From a virus (lineage: Duplodnaviria; Caudoviricetes), in the IMG/VR virus record IMGVR_UViG_3300029319_000001: a stretch of DNA of 64,000 nt; one strand, written 5' to 3'. The translations under genes and the position numbers were made by a program. The notes under the pieces are model-generated. The model was not told the DNA's origin and did not search any database. It worked only from the letters and a program-made list of their open reading frames with translations. Each line of letters starts with the position of its first letter. Within the stretch, counting starts at the first letter, position 1. Of the stretch, positions 19,371 to 28,313 are shown in pieces.

Positions 19371-19982
19371 ATGTCTTATCATGATATTTTTCCGACTAGA
19401 ATTTACAAATACAATCTAGATGTTACAGACTTGAAAGCATATATGCTTGATAGATATAATTCATACAAGGATCATTCTGTTAACGAGACTCCTAGTGGAT
19501 GGAATTGTAATGTAAGAACTGAATACGATAGTGCCTTCCCTAAACATTTGAAAGAGTATTATAATACTGTTTTACGACAATTTAAGGAGGATATTGGTTT
19601 AAAACATAGACCATTTATCGATGAGATCTGGATGAATGCCTACGAAGAATCTCATTTCCAAGAACCTCACTCTCATTTACCAGGATTTTTTTCTGCAGTG
19701 CATTATATTTGTTATGATTCTAAGGTTCATAGTCCTACAGTATTTCTAAATCCTCAGATGGATGTATATTCTTTTATGTTTGATGATAATTTTATGGATG
19801 TTCAAAAGAACCATCATTTAAAAGAGAGTGATCAATTTGATGTTGTAGAAGGAGATTTAATAATTTTTCCATCACATTTAAAACATTTTGTTAATAAAAA
19901 TAATACCAAAAATCTTCGTATGACTATATCATTCAATATAAATAAAATTGCAGAGGATACTAGAAGGGTGTTTGCTCAATAG
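19371..19982 (+). CDS. 2OG-Fe(II) oxygenase (TIGR02466-like)
   Basis: IWMNAY...QEPHSH...EGDLIIFPSHLKH...RMTISFN. Confidence 0.82.
   Translation: MSYHDIFPTRIYKYNLDVTDLKAYMLDRYNSYKDHSVNETPSGWNCNVRTEYDSAFPKHLKEYYNTVLRQFKEDIGLKHRPFIDEIWMNAYEESHFQEPHSHLPGFFSAVHYICYDSKVHSPTVFLNPQMDVYSFMFDDNFMDVQKNHHLKESDQFDVVEGDLIIFPSHLKHFVNKNNTKNLRMTISFNINKIAEDTRRVFAQ
19937..19944 (+). promoter_or_regulatory. T4-type late promoter
   Basis: exact TATAAATA, 39 nt upstream of ATG 19984. Confidence 0.65.
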
Positions 19983-19983
19983 C

Positions 19984-21195
19984 ATGAAGAATTTTGCTCA
20001 ATTTTTAACTGAAGCTCAGACTAACGCAGCAAAGCAAGCATCAAAGCTTGGTTTGACTGGGGATGGTCATGGTGCTTGGTTAGATCCTAACGGTAGAATC
20101 GTAGGTCGTACTATAGATGGTGAATTAGTTTTTAATAGTGGTCGCAAACCAGCACAAGAAACTGATCCTACTAGACCAGGTATGGCTGCTCGTGGTGTTG
20201 TTCCTGATCAAGGTCCACCTGCTGTACCACAAGCACAACCAGAAGAAGAACCAGCAGAGCAAGAACCAGTAGAAAAAACTCGTGGTACATTAACCATTGG
20301 TTTTGGAAGATTTAATCCACCTACTGCAGGTCATGAAAAACTTCTTAGCAAGATTGCAGACACAGCAGAAGAAGGAGAGTACACAATATATCCATCACAC
20401 TCAGTAGATCCGCAAAAGAATCCACTCGACACTGAGGAAAAGGTTCTTTTCATGAAAAAATTATTCCCAGATCATACCAATAATATTGTATATGATCCTT
20501 CAGTTCGTACTATATTCGATGCGTTATCACAAGCCGACACACAAGGGTACTCCAGCATTAATATCGTTGTTGGTGCTGACAGACAGAAAGAGTTTGAGGG
20601 GATCGCAAACAAATACAATGGGCAACTCTATAATTTTGACGCGATTAATGTTATTTCCGCAGGGGAAAGGGATCCCGATGCTGAAGGTGTCGAGGGCATG
20701 TCTGCTTCCAAACTACGAGCGTTAGCAGCAGATGGAGATTTTGAAGGATTTAAGAAAGGTTTACCTAAAGCTGCTAAAGGTATCGTAGCAAGAGAATTAT
20801 TTAATACTGTACAAAAATCTATGGGTACTGCTGCCAAGACTGAAGGTGTAGAAATGTGGCAGATTGCTCCTAAACTTTCAGGAAATACGCTAAGAGAAAT
20901 ATATCTTGATAGAAAATTATTTGACATAGGAAGTCTAGTAGAAAATTTAAACCATGGCTTAATTGGTAGAATAGTTCGCAGAGGTGCAAACTATGTCATA
21001 GCAGTGACTAATGAAGGAATAATGTTTAAATCTTGGATAAAAGATTTGAGTGAATATGTAACTAGAAGACCTGTCTCTGGTGTTCCTGCATCTAAGAGAG
21101 GAGTGGGTACAGACTCATATCGTGCCTATGTACAACAACTAACCCCATTAGAGAAGGTTAAGTCGTTTATAAATAACTCTAAGAAGACAGCGTAA
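19984..21195 (+). CDS. cytidylyltransferase-like (HxGH superfamily) nucleotidyltransferase
   Basis: GFGRFNPPTAGH, VVGADR, MSASKLR; N-terminus MKNFAQFLTE. Confidence 0.85.
   Translation: MKNFAQFLTEAQTNAAKQASKLGLTGDGHGAWLDPNGRIVGRTIDGELVFNSGRKPAQETDPTRPGMAARGVVPDQGPPAVPQAQPEEEPAEQEPVEKTRGTLTIGFGRFNPPTAGHEKLLSKIADTAEEGEYTIYPSHSVDPQKNPLDTEEKVLFMKKLFPDHTNNIVYDPSVRTIFDALSQADTQGYSSINIVVGADRQKEFEGIANKYNGQLYNFDAINVISAGERDPDAEGVEGMSASKLRALAADGDFEGFKKGLPKAAKGIVARELFNTVQKSMGTAAKTEGVEMWQIAPKLSGNTLREIYLDRKLFDIGSLVENLNHGLIGRIVRRGANYVIAVTNEGIMFKSWIKDLSEYVTRRPVSGVPASKRGVGTDSYRAYVQQLTPLEKVKSFINNSKKTA
21168..21175 (+). promoter_or_regulatory. T4-type late promoter
   Basis: exact TATAAATA upstream of ORF 21216. 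Confidence 0.65.
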
Positions 21196-21215
21196 ACTAC
21201 TTTGAGAAAGCTTCG

Positions 21216-21932
21216 ATGAGTAACATTGATGAAACCGCTAAGACATTAATACTGAATACTATTCAGAATGTCTTTACAGAATCCGCAATCGAGGAACCGA
21301 TTGTAGAGGAAACTCCTGCTGAAAAATTACGCAGAGAGGTTGCTGAAAAGATTGCTCATGATTTGCAAGAGAGAAAAGAAGCAACTAAGATGTATAAGTC
21401 TGGTGACGCTACAACTTCTGATGAAAAAGAATCAACAATTAAAGAAAAGAATATAAAGAATACTATTACAATCAATCCAACTATTGAAGAAGAGATTGCA
21501 CAGTTGTCAGAAAAGCAAATGGTTGTTACCAATGCAGACAAGGTTGGCAATACACCAGCATACAAGAATTTTAAGAAAGGTATAAAAGGTAAAGATGGTA
21601 AACCTTTATATGTAGCAGCAGATCATTTAAAAGATGAATATGAGCATCATCAGAAAGATAAAGATGGTAATACAATACCACATGAAGATGAGATAGCACA
21701 GGAAAACTACCGTGCAATGAGAAATCCTGAGTCACAGAAAGATCCAGATGAATCTGATAAACCATATCATAAGAGATCAAAGGCAGCAAGGATGAGAGAT
21801 CCTAAGAGAGGAATCAACTCTCCAGCATTCAAAGAATTCATGCGAAAACAAGGTTATGGGGAATCGTATAATCCTAAAGCAGCATTAACAGAGAGTACAT
21901 GGTTAATGTACGAAAAAAAAAAAATTAGCTGA
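21216..21932 (+). CDS. Lys/Glu-rich probable internal head protein, 5' part of a frameshifted gene
   Basis: highly charged modular sequence; ends just after an A12 run. Confidence 0.6.
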   Translation: MSNIDETAKTLILNTIQNVFTESAIEEPIVEETPAEKLRREVAEKIAHDLQERKEATKMYKSGDATTSDEKESTIKEKNIKNTITINPTIEEEIAQLSEKQMVVTNADKVGNTPAYKNFKKGIKGKDGKPLYVAADHLKDEYEHHQKDKDGNTIPHEDEIAQENYRAMRNPESQKDPDESDKPYHKRSKAARMRDPKRGINSPAFKEFMRKQGYGESYNPKAALTESTWLMYEKKKIS

Positions 21933-21993
21933 AGCAAAAGTAGATAAGGGTAGATCTGATTACGGTAAGGCATCTATAAGAAATTATAGAAGA

Positions 21994-22380
21994 ATGGGTC
22001 CTGGTCATGGTGATCCTGGTATGTTTGATCCCAGTGGTAAGAGAGGAAAAACTATTGAGAAGCGTAGAGAAGAACACAAAGCAAGGAGAGGTGTAAAAGG
22101 AGCAAAGGTTCCAGCATATAAGAGAGAAGAATATATTCCAGAAGAAGGATATGATCATATCAAAGATCGTATCGCAATGGCAGGTGGTGATCCTAGTTCA
22201 CCAAAGAAAAAAGATGCAACCAAGTATCCACCTCAAAGATCAAAATCAAAAGGTAAAACTGTTTATCAAAAAGAAGCAGAAAAAAAATACGGTAAGGGTG
22301 TAACTGCACTAGATATTGTAAAGAAAAACATCACCGCCAAGCACGGTAAAGGTGCAATCATGGATACAAAGAAAAAATGA
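21994..22380 (+). CDS. basic probable internal head protein, 3' part (frame open from at least 21925)
   Basis: the frame extends upstream as LAEAKVDKGRSDYGKASIRNYRR to the A12 run. Confidence 0.6.
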   Translation: MGPGHGDPGMFDPSGKRGKTIEKRREEHKARRGVKGAKVPAYKREEYIPEEGYDHIKDRIAMAGGDPSSPKKKDATKYPPQRSKSKGKTVYQKEAEKKYGKGVTALDIVKKNITAKHGKGAIMDTKKK

Positions 22381-23297
22381 AAAAATTATCCAACTGGCGA
22401 GAAGAAAAGAGAGATGAGTATGGAGATCTCATAGGTGGTCCTAAAATCTCAAAGAAACAACTCAAGAAAAATCTTTCAAGTAATGAGAAAGATGAAAAAA
22501 TTACAAGAAGTGAATCTACAAAATGTGGTAAAGGAGAATACTTCTGTAATGATAGTCAGAAGTGTAAACCAATACCAGAGGGTTATCATGTAATGCCAGA
22601 TGGTATGTTGATGAAAGGTAAGAAACATAGTGTTAATGAAGTAGCACCTCCTACTGCAAAGCATGAGAGAATGGTAAAGCACATTAAAAAATCCTATAAA
22701 AAAGATGGTAAGTTAAGTGATGATGAGAAATCAATTGCTTATGCTACTGCATGGAAAAACTATAATAAAGAAGAAGTAATTCATGAGATTGCAATGAAAA
22801 AAGATAAGAAGATTCCTCTTGGAAGAAAGAGTAATCCTTATGGAAAACGAGCAATCGCAAAAATGATTATAAAATCACTTGCTGAACCAGCAAGAGCAAA
22901 GGCAGGTGTAACAAAAGAAGACTACATTGATGAATTAAGTAAGTCTACATTGGCAAGTTACATTGAAAAAGGTGCTAGAGATATTGCAGGTAAAGCAAAT
23001 GATGCTAGTATTAAAGGTATGTCAGGAAAGAGAAAGGAAGCAGATAAAGGATACGAGAAGACAGCAAAGAGAGTTAGGGGTGTCAGTAAAGCAGGATACA
23101 AACTAGCTTTAAAAGAGATGACAAGTTATAAAGACTTCATAAAATCAGCACAAGCAGCGAGGGACAGAGTGAAAAAGAAACAAGAAGACAAGAAAAAGAA
23201 AGATGCTCAGTACTCAGATATGAAGAAGCGTGGCATCAAATTCTATGATAAAAAAGGATCAGGTAGATTGGTTGGTGGTAAGAAAAAATATGACTGA
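22377..23297 (+). CDS. Lys-rich modular probable internal head protein
   Basis: repeated (I/L/V)xE junctions; a small CxxGxYFC...CKP module. Confidence 0.55.
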   Translation: MKKLSNWREEKRDEYGDLIGGPKISKKQLKKNLSSNEKDEKITRSESTKCGKGEYFCNDSQKCKPIPEGYHVMPDGMLMKGKKHSVNEVAPPTAKHERMVKHIKKSYKKDGKLSDDEKSIAYATAWKNYNKEEVIHEIAMKKDKKIPLGRKSNPYGKRAIAKMIIKSLAEPARAKAGVTKEDYIDELSKSTLASYIEKGARDIAGKANDASIKGMSGKRKEADKGYEKTAKRVRGVSKAGYKLALKEMTSYKDFIKSAQAARDRVKKKQEDKKKKDAQYSDMKKRGIKFYDKKGSGRLVGGKKKYD

Positions 23298-23325
23298 TAT
23301 ATAGTAATAGCATATTACATTAATC

Positions 23326-23514
23326 ATGACTAAATTTTTACTACCTATTGCTATCAATATCATAGACAAAGCAGTAGACAAGATCCCAGAAGATCTAGAA
23401 GGCAAAATCAAGGAGTTTGTTATTGGACTTCTCAAGAAAGCTGCTGCTAAATCAGGCAACAAAGTAGATGATCAACTAGTAGAAGCACTAGAGAAAGCAC
23501 TATTAGGTTCTTGA
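23326..23514 (+). CDS. small helical hypothetical protein
   Basis: 62 aa ORF. Confidence 0.65.
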   Translation: MTKFLLPIAINIIDKAVDKIPEDLEGKIKEFVIGLLKKAAAKSGNKVDDQLVEALEKALLGS

Positions 23515-23517
23515 GTT

Positions 23518-23525
23518 TATAAATA
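23518..23525 (+). promoter_or_regulatory. T4-type late promoter
   Basis: exact TATAAATA, intergenic. Confidence 0.75.
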
Positions 23526-23558
23526 ATTGTAAGCAAATTGTAGTTCGGGTGTAAAAAC

Positions 23559-24062
23559 ATGGCTCTGTGGGGCAACAATGATAACATTGCTACTTTCGGT
23601 ACAGTAGCAGTTGACGGTACAACCGTCACAGGTACTGGTACTACCTTTACATCCGATGTGACTGTCGGACAGGTAATTCGAGTAGGAGCAAGAGGCGGAG
23701 TCGGTACTTATTACGGCGATGCAGTAATCACAGGTATAACCAGTGACAGAATATTGACAATTGATACAACCGCAGGGTTGAGTACAACATCAGTTGCAAC
23801 AACAAGTTACTATATCAGTGAACTTCCTAAGAGTTCAGTGCTAGATAGTGTATATCAAGAGGATCGTTCAGAATATGATTCACTTGTTTATGGTATATCA
23901 ACTGAGACATCAGGTTCCTATCATGTAGGACATCAGGGATGGGTTGGTGTACAAACATATATTGATATGCATGGTTCACTAAGAGTAAAATCAGAAACTC
24001 TAGTTGCTATGTCTGGTATTTCTACAGGTGCTAACGGTATTGCATATCCTACTGACGAATAA
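23559..24062 (+). CDS. probable virion structural protein
   Basis: MALWG start, Thr/Gly-rich beta character, late promoter. Confidence 0.6.
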   Translation: MALWGNNDNIATFGTVAVDGTTVTGTGTTFTSDVTVGQVIRVGARGGVGTYYGDAVITGITSDRILTIDTTAGLSTTSVATTSYYISELPKSSVLDSVYQEDRSEYDSLVYGISTETSGSYHVGHQGWVGVQTYIDMHGSLRVKSETLVAMSGISTGANGIAYPTDE

Positions 24063-24082
24063 ATAAATTATTTCATTTTATT

Positions 24083-24454
24083 ATGAGATTTGATGAACTG
24101 AATGATAGTAACTATCTCCTTTTCGCTATAAAAAATTATGAAAATCCTCAGGCAGTAACTGAGGATGATTTTTATGATGATTTAAAACGAATCAAATACA
24201 TTAAGAGACTACTGAAACGATACAAGAATAGTGGAGAGCTAAGAACTCATCTGATTCTTAATCATTTCATAGTCCTTTTTAATGTCTTTGGAGATGCAGG
24301 AGTGCCTTTACTATTTTTTAAGTTGGATAAGGAACTATGGTCTTGTACCAAGAGTTTCCTCTCTTATCTCGGTAGGATACCCGAATATCCCTCCACTGAA
24401 CTAAATAATATTGTTGATGATAATTATTGTCTAGAACAATTACGAGATATCTAA
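24083..24454 (+). CDS. conserved T4-like myovirus hypothetical protein
   Basis: FAIKNYENPQ...DLKRIKYIKRLL...LILNHFIVLFNVFG; AATAAATA at 24058. Confidence 0.75.
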   Translation: MRFDELNDSNYLLFAIKNYENPQAVTEDDFYDDLKRIKYIKRLLKRYKNSGELRTHLILNHFIVLFNVFGDAGVPLLFFKLDKELWSCTKSFLSYLGRIPEYPSTELNNIVDDNYCLEQLRDI

Positions 24455-24663
24455 TGGATCGTCGCCTTGCTAGGATCATTAAACTTATAAAAGAAGAGAT
24501 GGTCGGCAATGCAGTCGGGCAGAGTGGTGGATTTGGATCTAAAGCAGATGCAAAAGGACCAGTTGCTGGTTATGATAAAGGTCTCGGTAAAAAGAAAAAA
24601 GACAAAAAACCTTTGAAACGATATTTGTACGGTGGTGCAGGGTCTAGAAAACGATGGATGTAA
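24454..24663 (+). CDS. small basic Gly-rich protein
   Basis: LIKEE-MVGNAVG...PVAGYD; TAATG coupling. Confidence 0.6.
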   Translation: MDRRLARIIKLIKEEMVGNAVGQSGGFGSKADAKGPVAGYDKGLGKKKKDKKPLKRYLYGGAGSRKRWM

Positions 24664-25067
24664 ATTCTGCTATACTAGAAAGATTAGAAAAAGTAGTCTC
24701 AACCTTACAGGAAAATTCTGTAAAGATGGGGCAACTTCTTGCTGTACATAATGAGAAACTGGATAAACAAGATAGAATTGATGCTGTTTTATTTGAGAAA
24801 GTGGATAGTGTTCACAGAGAAGTAACTCGAAAAACAGATGAAATCAAAAAAGGATGCGAAAGAGACATCAGAAAAGTCGATGACCGTCTTAGAACGATGG
24901 AAAAGAAAATGTGGACTATCGCTGGTTCTATTGCTGTTATATCTTTCTTGGTTAGTCCAGTCGGACAAAGAATAATTAAGCCAGTCTTGACTAATGGACA
25001 AGAAGTAAGTATAATATCAGAAGAAACTGTACGAATTGATGGATCTGATAGACTCGAAATATATTAG
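24654..25067 (+). CDS. coiled-coil protein with C-terminal membrane anchor
   Basis: heptad-rich body; MWTIAGSIAVISFLV. Confidence 0.65.
   Translation: MDVNSAILERLEKVVSTLQENSVKMGQLLAVHNEKLDKQDRIDAVLFEKVDSVHREVTRKTDEIKKGCERDIRKVDDRLRTMEKKMWTIAGSIAVISFLVSPVGQRIIKPVLTNGQEVSIISEETVRIDGSDRLEIY
24987..25015 (+). promoter_or_regulatory. sigma70-type promoter for primase/nrd
   Basis: TTGACT-17nt-TATAAT. Confidence 0.75.
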
Positions 25068-26019
25068 TCTTCTATCAGCTCGTCTTGACAAGTTTAAAAA
25101 AGTAAAGACTGATCTTTACAATTTCCGTTGTCCTATATGTGGAGACTCTCAGAAGCATAAGAATAAAGCAAGAGGATATTTCTATTCAATAAAGAATAAT
25201 ACGAATTACAAGTGCCATAACTGTGGTGCTTCACTTTCTTTTGCTAATTTTCTTAAGCAATTAGATCCAACTCTCTATAAAAAATTTGTTATGGAGAAGT
25301 TTAAAGGTGGGTTTGCAGGTAGAAAAGGTGCCTCTGCTATTGCTGCACCAAAAGAAGTATTAGAATTTGAATCGCCAACATTCAATACACCGATAAATCT
25401 ACCTTTCTGCAAGGACAATGTTCATGGCCGTACATACCTTGAAAGTAGAAAAATTGATTCTAATAAATTCTATTACGCGGATAAATTTTGTGAGTTTACG
25501 AACTCATTGAAACAGACATTTGGATCAAATGTAAGAGAGGAACCTCGTATAGTCATACCACTTTTTTATAAGAAAAAACTGGTAGGATTTCAGGGCAGAA
25601 GTTTAGGTCCTAGTTCTGTAAAATATATTACTATAATGCTATATGATGATGCACCAAAAATTTATGGATTGGATCAAATCAAAGAACAAAACCCAGTCTA
25701 TATTACAGAAGGACCCTTCGATAGTTCATTCGTTACAAATAGCATTGCTATGTGCGGTGCAGACGGTGATGTTAGGAAGTGGGGTGTTAGCGATCCTATT
25801 TGGGTCTATGATAACGAGCCACGCAATCGTGAGATTTGTACAAGAATCGAGGACACCATTGATAGAGGAGAGAAGGTAGTGATATGGCCTTCTAATCTTG
25901 AGGAAAAGGACATAAATGATATGGTTCTTGCTGGACATAATATCATGCCTCTGCTAGAATCAAACACATATCAAAACTTAGAAGCAAAAGTCAAATTTAA
26001 CACTTGGAAAAAGGTATGA
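25039..26019 (+). CDS. gp61: DNA primase gp61
   Basis: RCPICGDS...KCHNC zinc finger, ITEGPFDS TOPRIM, DNEPRN, KDIND. Confidence 0.95.
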   Translation: MDLIDSKYISLLSARLDKFKKVKTDLYNFRCPICGDSQKHKNKARGYFYSIKNNTNYKCHNCGASLSFANFLKQLDPTLYKKFVMEKFKGGFAGRKGASAIAAPKEVLEFESPTFNTPINLPFCKDNVHGRTYLESRKIDSNKFYYADKFCEFTNSLKQTFGSNVREEPRIVIPLFYKKKLVGFQGRSLGPSSVKYITIMLYDDAPKIYGLDQIKEQNPVYITEGPFDSSFVTNSIAMCGADGDVRKWGVSDPIWVYDNEPRNREICTRIEDTIDRGEKVVIWPSNLEEKDINDMVLAGHNIMPLLESNTYQNLEAKVKFNTWKKV

Positions 26020-28313
26020 GTAACGGAACTAAGGTCAAGAAGAGGTCTGGAAGCATCGAACCTCTTGATCTTAATAAGATGCATGTCATGGTCGAAGAGG
26101 CATGCAAGGATCTTGCAGGTGTCTCTGCTAGTCAAATAGAAATTCAATCAGGATTACAATTTTACGATGGCATCACAACTGCGGAGATACAAGAGATCCT
26201 TATCAAATCTTCTAGTGATCTTATATCTCTTGATCATCCTAACTACCAGTTCGTTGCTGCTAGACTCTTACTCTTTAGTTTAAGAAAAAGTCTTTATGGT
26301 AGGATTAAAGAGCATCCTTCTCTAGGAGATCATATTACTGAATGTATAAAGAAGGGTATCTATGATCCTTGTATCACCACAAACTATAGTGATGATGAGA
26401 TAGACGAACTAGATAAGTGTATAGATCATGACCGTGACTTCCTGTTTACATACGCAGGACTTCGCCAAGTCGTTGATAAGTACTTAGTTCAAGACCGTAG
26501 TACTGGTCAAGTATATGAAACTCCACAGTTCATGTACATGATGATAGCGGCTACCATGTTCTCAAATTATCCAAAAGAAACGAGGCTCGATTATGTCAAA
26601 AGATACTACGAAGCAATCAGTAGACACAGAATCAACATCCCAACACCAGTCATGGGAGGAGTCAGAACACCCATTCGGCAGTATGCGTCTTGTGTTCTGG
26701 TTGATATTGACGACACCTTGGATAGTATTTTTAGTTCTGATATGGCCATTGGTAAGTATGTTGCACAAAGGGCGGGAATCGGCATCAACGCTGGTAGAAT
26801 CCGTGGGATCAACAGTAAAATCAGGGGTGGCGAAGTGCAGCACACAGGTGTTGTACCGTTCCTCAAGAAATTTGAGGCAACTGTCAGATGTTGTACTCAA
26901 AATGGCATTAGAGGGGGATCAGCGACTGTCCACTTTCCAATCTGGCACAAAGAAATAGAAGACATCCTTGTCCTCAAAAATAACAAAGGAACAGAGGACA
27001 ATAGAGTTCGTAAGTTAGACTACTCCATCCAATTAAGTGAATTATTTTACCAAAGGTTTATCGACAATAAGGAAATCACGCTTTTTTCCCCTCATGATTG
27101 TCCTAACTTGTTTGAGAGTTTTGGGACCGATAGGTTTGATGACTTATATCAGCGTTACGAAAATGATCCAACAATCCCCTCAAGAAAAGTTAGAGCACAA
27201 GAATTAATCTTAACTCTTCTTAAGGAGAGAGCAGAGACAGGTCGTATCTATATTATGAATATTGATCATGTCAATACTCATAGTTCATTTAAAGACAAAG
27301 TAGAGATGAGTAACCTCTGTCAGGAGATTACACTACCTACAAAACCGTTACAACACATAGATGATCTTGATGGAGAGATTGCTTTGTGTATATTATCTGC
27401 TATCAATGTAGGAACTCTAAGAAGTCTTGATAGTCTTGAAGAGTTATGTGATCTTGCTGTTCGTGGATTAGATGCTTTGATTGATTTCCAAGGTTATCCT
27501 GTCAAGGCAGCAGCGATTGGTACAAGAGCAAGAAGATCTCTTGGCATAGGTTATATTGGACTCGCACATTACCTTGCTAAGAATAAAGTATCTTATAATG
27601 ATGCAGAAGCACATAACATGGTTCATGACCTAACAGAAGCATTCCAATACTATCTTTTGAAGGCATCAAATCAACTTGCAAAGGAGCAAGGTGCTTGTAA
27701 ATATTTTGATAAGACAAAATATTCTGATGGAATATTGCCTATCGATACATATAAAAAGGATATAGATGAGATTGTACCAAACACATTAAAATATGATTGG
27801 GATTCTCTTAGGAATGACATCAAACAATATGGATTACGGAACTCAACTCTGTCGGCACAGATGCCATCGGAGAGCAGTTCCATTGTGTCTAATGCCACCA
27901 ACGGAATCGAACCACCAAGAGATTATTTGTCCACTAAAAAATCAAAGAAAGGACCTCTTAAGCAGATTGTTCCAGCGTATCAGTCTTTGAAACAACATTA
28001 CACATTGTTATGGGATATGAAGAGTAATGATGGTTATGTTAAAGTTGTTGCTGTTATGCAAAAGTTCTTTGATCAAGCCATTAGTGGTAATTGGTCGTAC
28101 AATCCAGACAACTACCCTGATAATGAAGTGCCTGTTTCAGTCATGGCAAATGACTTGTTAACAACCTATAAGTATGGTTGGAAAACATCTTACTATCAGA
28201 ATACATATGATAATAAGACAGACGAGGTTGAAGTTGAAGAAGTAAAACAGGGTTTAGAATCACTATTAGGTGAGATTGAATCCACATCAGAGTGTGACGC
28301 TTGTGCAATTTAA
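26016..28313 (+). CDS. nrdA: ribonucleotide reductase class Ia alpha
   Basis: ATP cone, ASCVL, SNLCQEI, MPSESSS, C-terminal ECDACAI. Confidence 0.97.
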   Translation: MSNGTKVKKRSGSIEPLDLNKMHVMVEEACKDLAGVSASQIEIQSGLQFYDGITTAEIQEILIKSSSDLISLDHPNYQFVAARLLLFSLRKSLYGRIKEHPSLGDHITECIKKGIYDPCITTNYSDDEIDELDKCIDHDRDFLFTYAGLRQVVDKYLVQDRSTGQVYETPQFMYMMIAATMFSNYPKETRLDYVKRYYEAISRHRINIPTPVMGGVRTPIRQYASCVLVDIDDTLDSIFSSDMAIGKYVAQRAGIGINAGRIRGINSKIRGGEVQHTGVVPFLKKFEATVRCCTQNGIRGGSATVHFPIWHKEIEDILVLKNNKGTEDNRVRKLDYSIQLSELFYQRFIDNKEITLFSPHDCPNLFESFGTDRFDDLYQRYENDPTIPSRKVRAQELILTLLKERAETGRIYIMNIDHVNTHSSFKDKVEMSNLCQEITLPTKPLQHIDDLDGEIALCILSAINVGTLRSLDSLEELCDLAVRGLDALIDFQGYPVKAAAIGTRARRSLGIGYIGLAHYLAKNKVSYNDAEAHNMVHDLTEAFQYYLLKASNQLAKEQGACKYFDKTKYSDGILPIDTYKKDIDEIVPNTLKYDWDSLRNDIKQYGLRNSTLSAQMPSESSSIVSNATNGIEPPRDYLSTKKSKKGPLKQIVPAYQSLKQHYTLLWDMKSNDGYVKVVAVMQKFFDQAISGNWSYNPDNYPDNEVPVSVMANDLLTTYKYGWKTSYYQNTYDNKTDEVEVEEVKQGLESLLGEIESTSECDACAI

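Noticed and set aside
11622-28313. Possible introns or inteins in gp43, gp41 and nrdA (and in psbA at 52082)
   Set aside because: All are continuous ORFs of normal length with no insertion or splicing motifs.
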